Position numbers and translations under genes: made by a program. This document shows, one piece after another, positions 26,401 to 38,655 of a stretch of DNA of 64,000 bases (position 1 is the first letter of the stretch; each line of letters starts with the position of its first letter). The DNA is taken from assembly GCA_001662655.1 (NCBI GenBank), contig KV460265.1; one strand, written 5' to 3'. A model generated the notes under the pieces. That model was not told the DNA's origin. It searched no databases and saw nothing but the letters and a program-made list of their open reading frames with translations. Origin of the DNA: Pseudogymnoascus verrucosus. Its lineage: Eukaryota.

Positions 26401-27997
26401 TCTCAAAAGAGCGAGACGACGGCAAGATGGTGGGAGTGTTGAGCGTCTGGCCTCCAAAGTATGTTCTAAGGCTTTAAAAATTTAACTTCCGTTAATTATC
26501 TACAGGTCATTTGAAGAAGCCTGGCCGAAAGCTACGGAGAGTAAAGTCGAAGGCCTAACCTGCGAAGGATGGATAGCGCGATTCGAAGTATGGGACGTAC
26601 ACTCCGAAGCAAAAGATAAAGTCAACGACATTAGGATCCCTCTAAGTGCGATTGAAGTCAAAGATCATGTTGGCCGATCGATTACGCTACGAAAAGTGCT
26701 CGAAGGAAGAACCAACCGAACCACGCCGACTGTCTTCAACAAGTGGTCGATGCCATTCCCAGCAGCAATTGGTAGCCAGGTCAATCTTCTCATTATACTA
26801 AATACTGTATACTTGCTTGACTTGACTCTAAGCGAACCTGTCCATGAAATGAGCCTCCCAGCTCCAGAGGCAGACTCAAACTTGAGCGCTACAGATAGCC
26901 AAAATGGGAAAGCACAAAAGCAGCCAAGGTCCCGCCCTCTGCGCGAATCTCTCCGCCTAGCTCAATCTCACTCCTTTATTATCAGCAATAATAGCCGGTA
27001 TATCCTCAGACTGGATGCTAGGAGCCTTGTGAGCACAACTGCCGGAGAACCTACCGTATATTCCGTCACGGCTATCACGGTCAACCAAACAGAAAAAATC
27101 TGCGGTGTCATTGCACAAGTTGGAGGCAATAATGCAGGTATGAACATTAACTCGTGCAGCTTTCATCCTACGCTTCCGCTAGCACTGTTTTTTACGAGAG
27201 GCTTTGGAGGTGACCGATCTATGATGCTCTGGGCATTTACTGCAGAAAGCCACAACGGACAGGATTTTAACATCTCGACACCTGGCGGCAACCTAGAAAC
27301 TCTGTCTAAGATAGAGCCAAGTCAGACTGGAATTGAGTACCTACATTTCTCATCATGTGGTACAAATGTCGTCGTCAAATGCTCTGGTAGACAACTTCCG
27401 GAAGTCTACTCACTTCAAACGAATCCTATCTACAACCTCAGCATTCGCCTACAGCAAGAAGACCTAATATCATCATCGACTACGGAAATGTCCTCGACAG
27501 ATACATCCTTGTTACATAGCCCTGATCAATCTCGAATTCACCAAGGACAGTCCTTGATACGGAACTCATCGGCCTACAGAGTTAATCTGTCCCAAGACCG
27601 AACGCAAAACCATCTCGAACTTACCAAAGTATCGAATGATGCAAAGACCCGCCAACACCTAGTTTCATTTCCAAACTCATGGACAGATCTCGACAATTCC
27701 ATCGATATTACGCTATCAAAGGCTAATGATGCAGATCGAAATGTTAGGATGATGATAAACCAGGGACACAAAAGTTGGTACGAGGCTTCTGAGCAACAGG
27801 AGGCACATTTCCCTATAATTGTAGACAAGGATTCTAGAGCCTTTCTTCCAGCTCAGTCACAAAGTTTCAACAAGTGCCGGAAACGAGACGCTGCTGAGAT
27901 GTTGGAATTTGACGCTCTTTTTTCAGAAGACGGGGATGAGCTGAATGCTCCGAAGCAGCGTTTGATCGGGTATGGAGGTAATTCTCCTAAAGATTAA
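23478..27997 (+). CDS. NACHT/STAND NTPase, fungal NLR-like protein (6 exons)
   Basis: Helical N-terminal domain (PYFEIITIFTQSHPELSSIAWGAVRLILQLA), LWVRG|NPGTGKS Walker A, LLFDGLDE Walker B, FSRP, ANGMFLWARL, LVHQSV and YACLYWTHHL. Approximate exons 23478-23792, 23856-24060, 24121-24381, 24439-24641, 24691-26458 and 26506-27997. Confidence 0.85.
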
Positions 27998-28265
27998 AGA
28001 TCTAGTTCTTCACTTCGCGATGTTTCTACTATGTTAGGGAGACCACCATAATTATTAAGTATGTGACGGGGACTACCGCAATACGCCACTGGGAACGGAT
28101 GTTAGATAGGGGCAGTTGTTTGGGGGATTTTGGTGGCGTGTAGAAACGAGATTCTGTACATATCTCATATTCATTTCCTAACAAAAAACGCCTTCCTTCC
28201 ATGCTATCTACGAATATACTCCACATCTATGCTATGCCATCATCCTATGCAAAATCCTCACGCGT

Positions 28266-31200
28266 CTAAAACACGACATTCACCTTCTCCGGCCCCCCAG
28301 GGACTTCCTCCCCCTTAGGCCCCTCTTCCTTCTCGCCCTTCTTCTCGTCCTTCGTCTCATCCCCCTTCACCACCTCCCCCTTCCCCTCAGACCCAGACCT
28401 TCCCCTCCCCCCTTCCCCCTCACCAACACACAACGAGCCATTCTCTCCTCCCCCGTTCTCCCCCTCCGCCTCACTCTTCTCCTCCTCCCTCCGATGAAAC
28501 GTATGACTCTCACTCAAATTAATAGCCAAAAAGCTCTTCGGCAACCTAACTTGATGAAACTTCGCCCTCAGCGTCTCAATCACCTCCTTCCAATCCATAT
28601 GCTGCGTCAGCGATCTTCTCGGCGCACATCCGATACAATGCTTCGAATCGAGCTGCACATCGAGCGGATCGTAGGTGTGACACCCCGGGGAGATGGTGAT
28701 GCGGATCGAATACGCAAACGTCTGCTCCGGTGGTGGTGCTGGGGACGGTATTGGCTCTGGCGCTGACGGCAGGTTTGCCGCTATTTCAGCCAAAGCGGCC
28801 ATGTCAGCAGGCGGCGCAAGCTCAGGCGCAGACTGCGTCTTCGGGGCCGGCGAGGGTGTAGTCTCCGACTCATAGAGCTCGAAGCAGATTTGAGACAAGT
28901 AATCGAGCTCCGGAATAGCGGAGCGCGCGATCTTGGTCTGGATCCCGCCCTCGAGGATGCAGTTGAGGAGGGTGTAGATGTGAGATTCCTTGGTGAAGTA
29001 GATGAATGATTTTGCGTCGTCAGAGGCTTGCATTTCTTCCAGGTCGGCGACGATTTCTTTGAGGAGCGGGAGGGAGGTTAGGAGGCCGATTTCGAGCTTT
29101 TCACTGTCGGTGATGCCGTATTCTTGGGGGCAGATGAAGTCGAAAAGCACTTTGGCTAGGTTGTACAGCTCTCGAAGCTTCTCAAATCTCGCATCTGTCT
29201 TTGCCTTTGTCTTGGTGCTTCCTGTGAAGAGGTGGAAATACTATGTGATGTTAGTGGCAGGTCAACAGGCAGTTAAGAAAAGGTAAACATACACTTTCTG
29301 GAGTCTCCTCAACGACATTCTTCATATTCCCAGAGCGGCGCCTAAACAGTCGTCGCGAAACCGACTTGCTCGACTCAGACTTCTCCGTCGTATTCGTCGA
29401 ATCGCTTCTCTCCGACTTATCAGACTTATCCTCTGACACCTTCGCCGAAGCCGCATCCTCAGCCACAACAACCGAGTCCTCTTCCTCAAGCATCGACTTG
29501 CTCGGCGTGAACACCCACTCGAGGAACTGGCGGTTGTGCAGCGCATCGAACTTCATCGTGTCGTAGAGCTCCGAGATCTTGCTGGGGTCGACCTTCTCGG
29601 CGTCGCAGAATTCGATGAACAGCTTCTCCCAGCGCTCGCGGAAGAGCTCCGCGTCTTCGCCGCAGCACCAGCGTGCTTGGATGTTGTTGATTGCCGTGGC
29701 CTGTCCCATCGCGCCCACTTGTGGGGACTCACTAGCAGCTTTGTCGCCGGGGTTGACGATGTTGTTTAGAGATGTTACGGCGCCGCCGTAGAGCTTCTGG
29801 TAATTGTGTCGCATAACCTTGCGGTGGAATTTCATCAACTGGATAACCTGGCGCTGGACAATGGATGGCTCGGGAAGATTAGCAGGCCACGCGAACTGTG
29901 GTGGCGGCCCTTGTCCCTCTCTGAGAAGGACCTTAAGTTTCTTCTTCACCTTGTCCATCTCATCCTTTGCAGCATTCGAGTCGTCAAGAAGATCTTTCCG
30001 GATAGTAATGAAATCGCTAGCAAGGTCCTTTTTATCCAAGAATGAAGCCGAAAAGATCTGCGCACTCGTGGTAACGCGTCTCTCGGAGCTGCTGAAGACG
30101 TGGACCTCGTCGAGAACTTCCTTATTCATCAAGTAGAGATCGTTGCGCATATTCTCACCTAGCTCCTGCGCCTGGTATCTCGCAGAATGCGTAGGCTCAC
30201 CGCCCCACTTCACGATCAGTTGAAGTTTGTCGAGGACGAGTCTTTCTTCTGCGGCTGTGATACGTGATAGCGTGACGCCCGTGAGGGAATCTGCCCGCTT
30301 TAATGGTCTGTCCTCTGGATCCTGGGAGTCTTCCGTCGCTCCAGGTGTGGTAGACACCGATGGAATAACCTTGGAGACGTCAACGGGAATATCTGCGATC
30401 GTAGCAAAGGTCGGCTTCGGCGAATCTTCCACCTTGCGTTTCCTGAACATTGGCTTGATCTGAACCTTCGTCCCAACCCATCCGCCCTTCTTCACAAGCA
30501 CGTTTCGTAGGGCCTTCAGCTTCGTACGGTCCTCGATCCCCTCGCGTAGAGCCACCTCGACAGCATCAAGAACGCTATCGAGCGCAGCCTCACCAGTTAA
30601 GAGGACCTCTTCCTGATGGCCCTTCAATAGCTCTATGAATGGCTTTGTGTGAAATGTATACTTGTATTTTTGTTTCGGCGTACGATCGGCATGGCGAATG
30701 ACAGAAACCATCCCCTTAAGCTTCCAGGCATGCTTTGGAGCCGGCGGAGGAAGCTCCTTATCTTCTTCTTCCTCTGGGTTTGGTTCGAGGATCTGCGAGG
30801 TTCGTACAGATCCAGCAGCCGATGCGGGCCCTGAAATCGACGTGCGGGACGAAACATGTGGTAGGGAAGACACCATACTGGATACAGGCTTCTCCATCGA
30901 CGAGGCTGTGCTTAGTGGCATCGTCAGGACAGCCCTATCAGGTGAGGTCGACCTCTGCTCCGATGACTTTCCGTGGTTATGGTGTAGGTGTGCAAGTTTC
31001 GAAATACTTGGGGATCTGCCGAGGATAGTTTGTAGTGTAGATCGGTGATTTTCTTTCAACGAGCTCTCCTTGCGAGTTGGCGGGGGCATTTCTGATTCTG
31101 ACGCTTCGGCTGATTGGGCGACGCTTTCCGAAATCTTTGCCTGCTCGGCTGCTGCTGCTTTAGCTTGTCGTCTTTCTCTCTCCTGAATAAACATGTTTCT

Positions 31201-33114
31201 CAAGATACTAGAGCATTGGTCATAGTATGCGTCATTGTCTTTCACGAAACTCCAACCATTCACATCGATGACATAGCTCTTCCCCTCAGCGCGTAAAAGG
31301 TCGAACCCACAGACTCTCTGTCCGAAGCTGGTAGAAATACGAGCTGCCATTGCAGCTTCATCCTTTGTCAAGCTGGTGACATAGCGGATTTCCTTGCCAT
31401 GAGTGTTGCGCCTCACGAGACCATCAACGACGGGAGATTTCCTCGTCTCAGCGTGACAGAAGCCGGTCCCGACAGTGTACGCCTTGACATCCTCTGCATT
31501 GTCCACCCTCATGAATTTCTCATATACGTAACTAGAGCCTTCTTCAAGGATAGCGCGCGGGATCGTAAGACCATCTATGTGCTCCGAGCTTTTGTTGCCA
31601 ATCTTGCGGAAGAGCTTGCGGGCACCACCACCTTGGCTTTTGGGATAGTAGATGCAAATGTTGTGATCTTCTCCGCTGACTGGTTTTTCGACGAAAGGCT
31701 TCCGTAAAAGTACTCCGTCTACGCTTAGTGTATCGCCGTCATCTAAGAGCTCCACCTTTCGGGGAGGAGGCGCAAATAACTTATCGCCATCTTCTGGTCC
31801 CTGCACAATAACACCAGAGGTCTCCTTGAGGTGCCGAGCTAGGTCTTGGCTCATGACTCTTGGTCCTCCATCTCGATTGACTTCCACACGACTCGGACTC
31901 GGAACATTGATCTTGTCGAGAATACGTAGACATATACGGCGATCCCACAGGATCTGCTGCATCGGGACATCGTTGACGCAGAAAGGCTTTCTGGCCTTGA
32001 CATAGGCAATCGCTTTGTCAAGCGGGAAGCCTTCGGAGTAGAAGGATATCAGATAGTCGCAGACTGGCCAGTTCTCAATGTCTTCATCCAAGATGACCTT
32101 GTCTCCAAAAACGACAACTGAAAACTCCCCCTTTGCGATTAGCTTGTTAAGAATATTCCTGCTTGGCTTACTCCGTGCCTTGATATCCAATGCACACACC
32201 CCGATGATACCATATGGTGCTGGTTTTGGCCCCTCCTTCTCTTTAACCTGGTGTATTCCTCGCTCGCTGCTCGGGCTGTGGCTGCTGGCGCCGGTGCTTA
32301 CACTGAAGCGGCGCTTGACACGACTTCTGGACCTTGGGATGCTCGCTCTTGAAGTGCCTTCTTGTCTGGAGCGCTTAGGAGCATCGCCTGGTGGAACACC
32401 ATCCTTGGGGGCGGCCTGTTGGGGGTTCGCTGCGCCTTGTGCAGTAGGCGGCGTGACAGACGGACTTATCACCGAGACAATTGGGGTTGCGGCATCGGGT
32501 GAAACACCGAGGCTTCTGGTCCCTGGAATGTTCCCAGGGTTCAACCTCGGGATGGCATCCCCGGAAGAGGAATTGGAGCTGGGCGCTACACCGCCTGCCC
32601 TCGCGGATTGTAACGAGTATAGCGACGAGCTCGACATTCGCTTCGATTCCGACGTAGTTGACCCGGCTTTTGACATTGCTGGTTCGGGTAGTGGTGAATG
32701 CTTTGTTAAGTCGGACGTGCTCCCACTGAGCATTCTGGGTGTCTCTGACTCTTCCACGGCCCCATCGTTGATGGACGTGTTCGTTCCTTCTGTCCAAGCC
32801 TCGGACATGTCCGAAACTGAGCCTCTGTGGCTAATTGTCGAAGATGCTCGCGAGGATTCGGTGCCGTATGTTGGGCCACGAGGTAATGAGAAGCTGGCAG
32901 GCTCAACGAATGCTTCCCGCTCAACTGGTTCGGAGATGCTGCTTTTTAAATTGACAGCGGACGGGTTTTCACCGGAGGCAGTCGATAGCCGGTGAGATGA
33001 CATCTTTGCTGCTTCCTGGGGTCCTAGTTGGTGCGATGGCTCCCGTGCTGAGCCAAACTTTGCTTCCGCCGCCACTGTGCTAGAGGGCGGATTAGTCTGC
33101 CCCTCTTCTTCCAT
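28266..33114 (-). CDS. VIP1: Inositol hexakisphosphate/diphosphoinositol-pentakisphosphate kinase (PPIP5K, Vip1/Asp1), 2 exons
   Basis: [17 protein letters not shown]-grasp motifs ([19 protein letters not shown]), histidine-phosphatase [18 protein letters not shown] and [10 protein letters not shown]. Intron at about 29292-29241. Confidence 0.95.
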
Positions 33115-33848
33115 CCTCCAGTGTGGATTGGGTCCTTCGCCACCTAATAAATCATGAAGGGTCGGGGTCTCTGTTTCTGTTTGTAAATCCTGGAATAAAT
33201 GCTGGGGTCAATTGGGAATTTAGATAATTTGTATAGAGCAAAGAGCCGAAGATAGAGAAATCCTCTCAATTGCGGCCAGCAGGAGAGTTAAATAGATGAA
33301 AAAAAAAGAGCATGTGCCCAGAGACGATCCAAGTCTCTTATCAATATGACGTCCTCGCACAGTCACTCGCCTCCCCCGCCAGAATCTCGAGACACCGCCA
33401 AGAGGTGGATGGAAATGGGCCAAACGACGAGTAAATGCGACGAAATATAGTCGTGAACAGTTATAGATGGAATAAGTAAGAATGAGGCTATCACCAAATA
33501 CCCAAAAGACATGAAATCTTGCCAGAACCTCGGTGAAAAAGAGCGAGGGCAGAGTGACAGGTACCACGTTCACCGATAACGCAAGGGCTTGGCATTCCTC
33601 AGCAGCCACGAGCCAACAACCAGCCAATAGAATCTCGCGTAGCCAGGGCCTGGACAATTGACAGAGGATAATCGGGGTACGTACCAAAGTATATGGGGAA
33701 AAGTTTCGCCTAGCTTTTACGATTGGGAAAAAGAAATATACCTGCAGGTCGCTGCTTAACTCGACGACGACTGTAAAAAAAAGGCAAAACGAGGTAGAGG
33801 AGGCAGTTTTGGATATATATTGACTATATATCTCTGAATCTGACAGCC

Positions 33849-36800
33849 ATGCCTTCAACTGTCGCCTCAAATAACGCCGAGGGGCCAATTGTGAAGAGGC
33901 AGAAGCTGCAGAGCAATGTCGCGGCCGGGGGAGAGCAGGCTCGACAGTCGCGCATCTTCACACCTTTTAGAGTATGTTGATCTGCGATTGTGAGGGAAAA
34001 TTTGATGTTCTAATATTTTTTATAGACTGTCGGCCTAGTATCATCTACCGCGGTGCCCTTTACTTCGATCCCACTCGGAAAGACGTCCTTCCAAATCACC
34101 ACATCCGTCGGACGCTGTCTGCAAACCTACGACTTGAAGCGCGGACTGAACCTTGTTTTCCTCACGAGACCGCAGACTCCCGAAAATATTACTGCGACGC
34201 TGGCATGGAAGGACAAGGTCTTTGCGGCCTGGGGCGGCGCAAACGGCACCCAGCCGGGGCTGTGGAGTTTCAAGAGAGGCAAGAAGGTTGACGAGTTCGC
34301 GATCCCACAAGACTTGACCCAGCCCATCAAGCAGGTCCTCATCTTCGGGACCTGGATTGTTGCCTGCTGCGCGACGAGGATCGAGGTCTGGAAGTCAGCA
34401 ACCCTCGAACATTACACCTCGATTCACACAACCCCCGGATCTGGAAAGGGCGGGAACGAGCTCACCAGCATCTCCAACATGCCGACATACCTGAACAAAA
34501 TCTTTGCGGCGCGGAAAGACGGCAGCATTGATATTTTCAACGTCAGCAGCGGAAAGCACATCTACACAATCCTCCCTCCACTGCCGAACTGCGGCTCGAT
34601 TACCGCAATGCAGCCTACTCCAGCACTGTCCCTTATGGCAGTTGCCTACTCGAATGGTCCCCTCGTCATCCACGATGTCCGAACAGACAAGACTATAATT
34701 TTACTGGAATCGAAGAGCTTGGTTACTTCTATCTCATTCCGAACCGACGGGCTTGGCGCTGGCGAAGAGGGACGAGAAGCTGGAGTTATGGCGACTGCTG
34801 GCCCAGACACTGGAGATGTCACATTCTGGGACCTGAACAACGGTGGTAAGGTGATGGGAGTCCTTCGCGGGGCCCACAACCCTCCCGTCGCAGATGCCGA
34901 TTCTTTAGTTGGAGGAGGAATCAACAAGGTTGAATTCCTTGCCGGCCAAAGCGTCGTTATCACCAGCGGTCTCGACAACTCCCTGAAATCCTGGATCTTC
35001 GACGAAACACCATACTCCGCCATTCCCCGCATCCTACACTCTCGCAGCGGACACGCCGCTCCAGTCACGCGCCTCCAATTCCTCCCATCTGAAGCCGACG
35101 GAGCTGACGCCAAAGGAAAGTGGCTGCTCAGTGCTGGCAAAGACCGCAGCTTGTGGGGCTGGAGTTTGCGCCGCGATGGACAGAGCACGGAGCTCAGTCA
35201 GGGTAATATCAGAAAGAAGGCTAAGAAGCTTGGGATCCTTGCCAGCAGCACCCTGGCTAATGAGCCGAGCACCACGCTTGAAGACCTGAAGGCACCAGAA
35301 ATCACATGCATTGCGTCGTCGCTCAACCGCGATGGTGGAATGGGCGCACATGCTGGTTCAGGCGGTATATGGCAGAAGAGCCACCAGCGCGCGAAGTTCC
35401 CCGGAGACGCGACACAGAGTGGTACTACGGGTTGGGAGAGTGTGGTGACTGGTCACCACGATGACAAGTATGCGCGTACTTGGTTCTGGGGCAGGAAGAA
35501 AGCTGGAAGATGGGCATTTGAGACCGGCGATGGCGCAAATGTTAGCAGTGTTGCTATCAGCCCTTGCGGCACCTTCGCCATGATCGGCTCCGAAGCGGGA
35601 GGAATTGACAAATTCAATCTCCAATCCGGACAGCATCGCCAGCGCTTCCCAGCTAAGCTGACCCAGGCACAAGCGAAGAAGTGGAAACTGCAACAGATGG
35701 GCGAGAAAGACGGAACAATCGCAATCCCAACCGGAAAGCGCTTCCCCATGGGCCTAGGACGCCACACCGCCACCGTAACCGGCATAATCGTCGACTCCCT
35801 CAACAAGAACGTCATCTCCAGTAGTCTGGACGGCAAGCTCAAGTTCTGGGACTTCAACACTGGCCACCAAGTCGACGAAATCGACTGGGCGCCCATGACC
35901 CGCATCACCGCGCTCCACTACCACGCGGCCTCCGACCTCGTCGCCGCCACCTGCGACGACGGCTGCATCCGCATCGTGGACACCGAAACCAAGAAGACCA
36001 TCCGTGAGCTCTGGGGCTCCCAGGCCGCCATCACAGACGTCACTTTCTCCCCCGACGGGCGCTGGATCCTCGCCGCCTCGCGCGACGCCGTTCTCCGCGT
36101 GTGGGACCTCCCGACAGGTCACCTCATCGACGCTATCCGTCTCCGCAGCGCTTGCACTGCCCTCGCTTTCTCAGGGACGGGCGAGTTCCTCGCTACGGCG
36201 TGTGAGGGCGAGTTGGGCGTGAATATATGGAATAACAAGACCCTCTTCACTCACGCACCTACGCGCCACATCTCCGAGAATGAAATCGTCGACGTCGCTG
36301 CACCTACCGCTTCGGGCGAAGGAGGCGCTGGTCTGATTGACGCCGCGCTCGCAGAAGAATCCGAGGATGGAGACGCTGCGCCCGCGGCTGCGATGCTCGA
36401 CCAGCTATCAGCTGATATGTTGACGCTGAGCATGGTTCCTAAATCGCGCTGGCAAACCCTCCTCCACCTCGACCTAATCCGCGCCCGCAACAAGCCCACC
36501 GAAGCCCCCAAAGCGCCCGAGAAAGCACCTTTCTTCCTCCCTAGTCTCGAAGGCGGACGTCCTTCGTCATCACTCGTTGCTGGGGCGGTGGATACGCCTA
36601 CCGAGCCAGAGAGCAGGATTACGCGTCTAGAGCAGGTGAGTGGTGCGGAGCAAGATGTCTTCGCCGTGACTTTGCGTCGCGGTGCGGATAGTGGGGATTT
36701 CACACCCTTCGTAGAGCACCTCTCTACTCTATCCCCATCTGCGGCGGACTTGGCGATCCGAGCGCTTGCGCCGGCGCCGGGGGCGAGGCCGGAGGAGTTA

Positions 36801-37031
36801 GTTGCGTTTGTGAGGGCGTTGACGGCGCGGCTGGGGCAGAGGAGGGATTATGAGCTTGTGCAGGCTTGGATGGGGGTTTTCTTGAAGGTGCATGCTGAGG
36901 CGTTGGGGGATGAGGAGGTGAGGGGGGTGTTGGCGGAGTGGAGGGAGGAGCAGGGGAGGGAGGGGAGGAGGGTGGCGGAGTTGGTGGGGTATTGTGGGGG
37001 GGTGGTGGGGTTTTTGAGGAGTGCGAGGTAG
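33849..37031 (+). CDS. UTP21: U3 snoRNP/SSU processome WD40 protein Utp21 (2 exons)
   Basis: SRIFTPFR|TVGLVSSTAVPF, multiple WD repeats, and the C-terminal Utp21 motif PKSRWQTLLHLDLIRARNKPTEAPKAPEKAPFFLPSL. Intron at about 33972-34026. Confidence 0.93.
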
Positions 37032-37389
37032 AGGGGTGGAGATGGATGGGGGGAATATTATTTTGGATTGAATACTTTGATTGATGTTTGTGGATTGTGA
37101 TGTGCCTATGTGTAATGTGATAATGTTTGATTGGGAAGTAGAAGACACTACTGTCCCACTCCGCGGCAATGAGTAGATGCTAGAAAAGAGACATCATAAA
37201 GCCATAGCCAAGCCAGAAGTCCATTACCAGCACCTTGACTCCGCTATTTATCATCACCTAAAGACCACTGCTCCCCATCAATCAGAATAAAACCATAGCC
37301 TTTCCCATCCAGCCATACCCCGTTTTGCCCATAGTTCCACACCAAACCAACGCCAAGCAATGAAGCCCCCCCAATCCACCGTAAAAATC

Positions 37390-38109
37390 CTACATCACCT
37401 CCCTAAACGAACTCCTCTTCCCCGTCGGACTGTCCGGATCCCCCCCCAACCCTTCATTCTCCCCGCTCTTATCCGGCCTCGGACTAACGCCTCTCAAACT
37501 CGTCCCCACCGCCGCACTATCATCAAACGGATTCCGACTCTCACTCTTCTTCGTCACCCCCGTCTGCTGCCCCGCCATCTCCTCCTCATACCTCCTATCC
37601 AACTCCCCCTGCTCCCCTCCATACGGCCCCTCGTCTCCCCTCCTCCCCCTCGTCCTTCCCCTCTCCTCTCCCCCAGCACCACCATACCCCGTCTCAGCAT
37701 GCAACCCCACCTCCTGCTCCTCCCTATAATAATCCGCCTCATTCCCCACCCTCGCATCCCACGCCTCATCCGGATCTAAGGCCCCAAACCCGCTTCTCGC
37801 TCCGCCTCCCCCAGCGCCGCCGCCGCCGCCGTAAGCACCAAGAGGCTCCTCGTATGCGCCCCCTGCGGTGCGCGAGCGGCGCGCGCGGATGTTCCGGAAT
37901 TTATCGGAGATCCACCCAATTAGACCGCCGGTGCGCGCTTGCGGGGTGTAGGAGGAGCGCGAGGCGAAGGGGTTGTAGGAGGTTAGTGTTGGGGTGGGGA
38001 GGCCAAGACGGCGCGCGCGGAGGTGGATGAAGATGATCCAGGCGATGGCGGAGATGAGAATTATTGCCAGGAGGGCGAGGAGGAAGGCGCCGAAGGCGGG
38101 GAAGGACAT
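37390..38109 (-). CDS. Hypothetical single-pass membrane protein
   Basis: N-terminal TM helix followed by RARRLGLP and a Gly/acidic tail with GFGALDPDEAWDARV. 239 aa, intronless. Confidence 0.75.
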   Translation of the reverse strand: MSFPAFGAFLLALLAIILISAIAWIIFIHLRARRLGLPTPTLTSYNPFASRSSYTPQARTGGLIGWISDKFRNIRARRSRTAGGAYEEPLGAYGGGGGAGGGGARSGFGALDPDEAWDARVGNEADYYREEQEVGLHAETGYGGAGGEERGRTRGRRGDEGPYGGEQGELDRRYEEEMAGQQTGVTKKSESRNPFDDSAAVGTSLRGVSPRPDKSGENEGLGGDPDSPTGKRSSFREVM

Positions 38110-38469
38110 TGTGAGGGTGTGTGGATTGTGAGGTTGTGGTGGTGGGTGGTTGAGGTGGATGCGGTGGTGGTCGCGGGTTGTTTCTGGACCCTTGGGGTGG
38201 ATCTGGAGTTCAGAGTGGGATTGCTGGTGAACAGTGGTGTTTTAGGCCATGTCTGTGGTCTGCATTGGTGACAGAGAGATGTGACTTTTTTGTTCTTGAC
38301 GCGTGAGTAGAGTAGACAGGAGAGATTCTTGTCTTGTGAGGTGAGGTGGTCGTGAGATTTGGGTCCAGACTGAGATTGGCACCGCAGGCTAATGTCGTCA
38401 ATATCCGCTTACAGTAACGCGGGGATTGCTTATCTGGGTCTGGACCAGTGTCAGATTTGACATACAAGC

Positions 38470-38545
38470 CACGTGAAGCCACGTGAAGCCACGTGATTTA
38501 TTGTGGATGACCATTAACGGCACGTGCACGATTCCAGACCACGTG
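38470..38545. promoter_or_regulatory. Cluster of five CACGTG E-boxes in a divergent promoter
   Basis: CACGTG at 38470, 38480, 38490, 38521 and 38540. The first three are a tandem AAGCCACGTG x3. Confidence 0.6.
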
Positions 38546-38655
38546 CATGATCTCGAAATGCTTCACCGTCAGGTGACTAACTGGATATATCGTGACTTCC
38601 TACTCTGGCTATTCTGGGAATCTGGGCATCTTGGTCCTTGGCTCATGGGGAAACA

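Noticed and set aside
32078..32995. 305-aa ORF on the plus strand
   Set aside because: Antisense to the low-complexity N-terminus of VIP1.
33220..33888. 222-aa hydrophobic ORF on the minus strand
   Set aside because: Starts at TTG with no in-frame ATG, overlaps the UTP21 start, and lies in the likely VIP1 5'UTR/intron.
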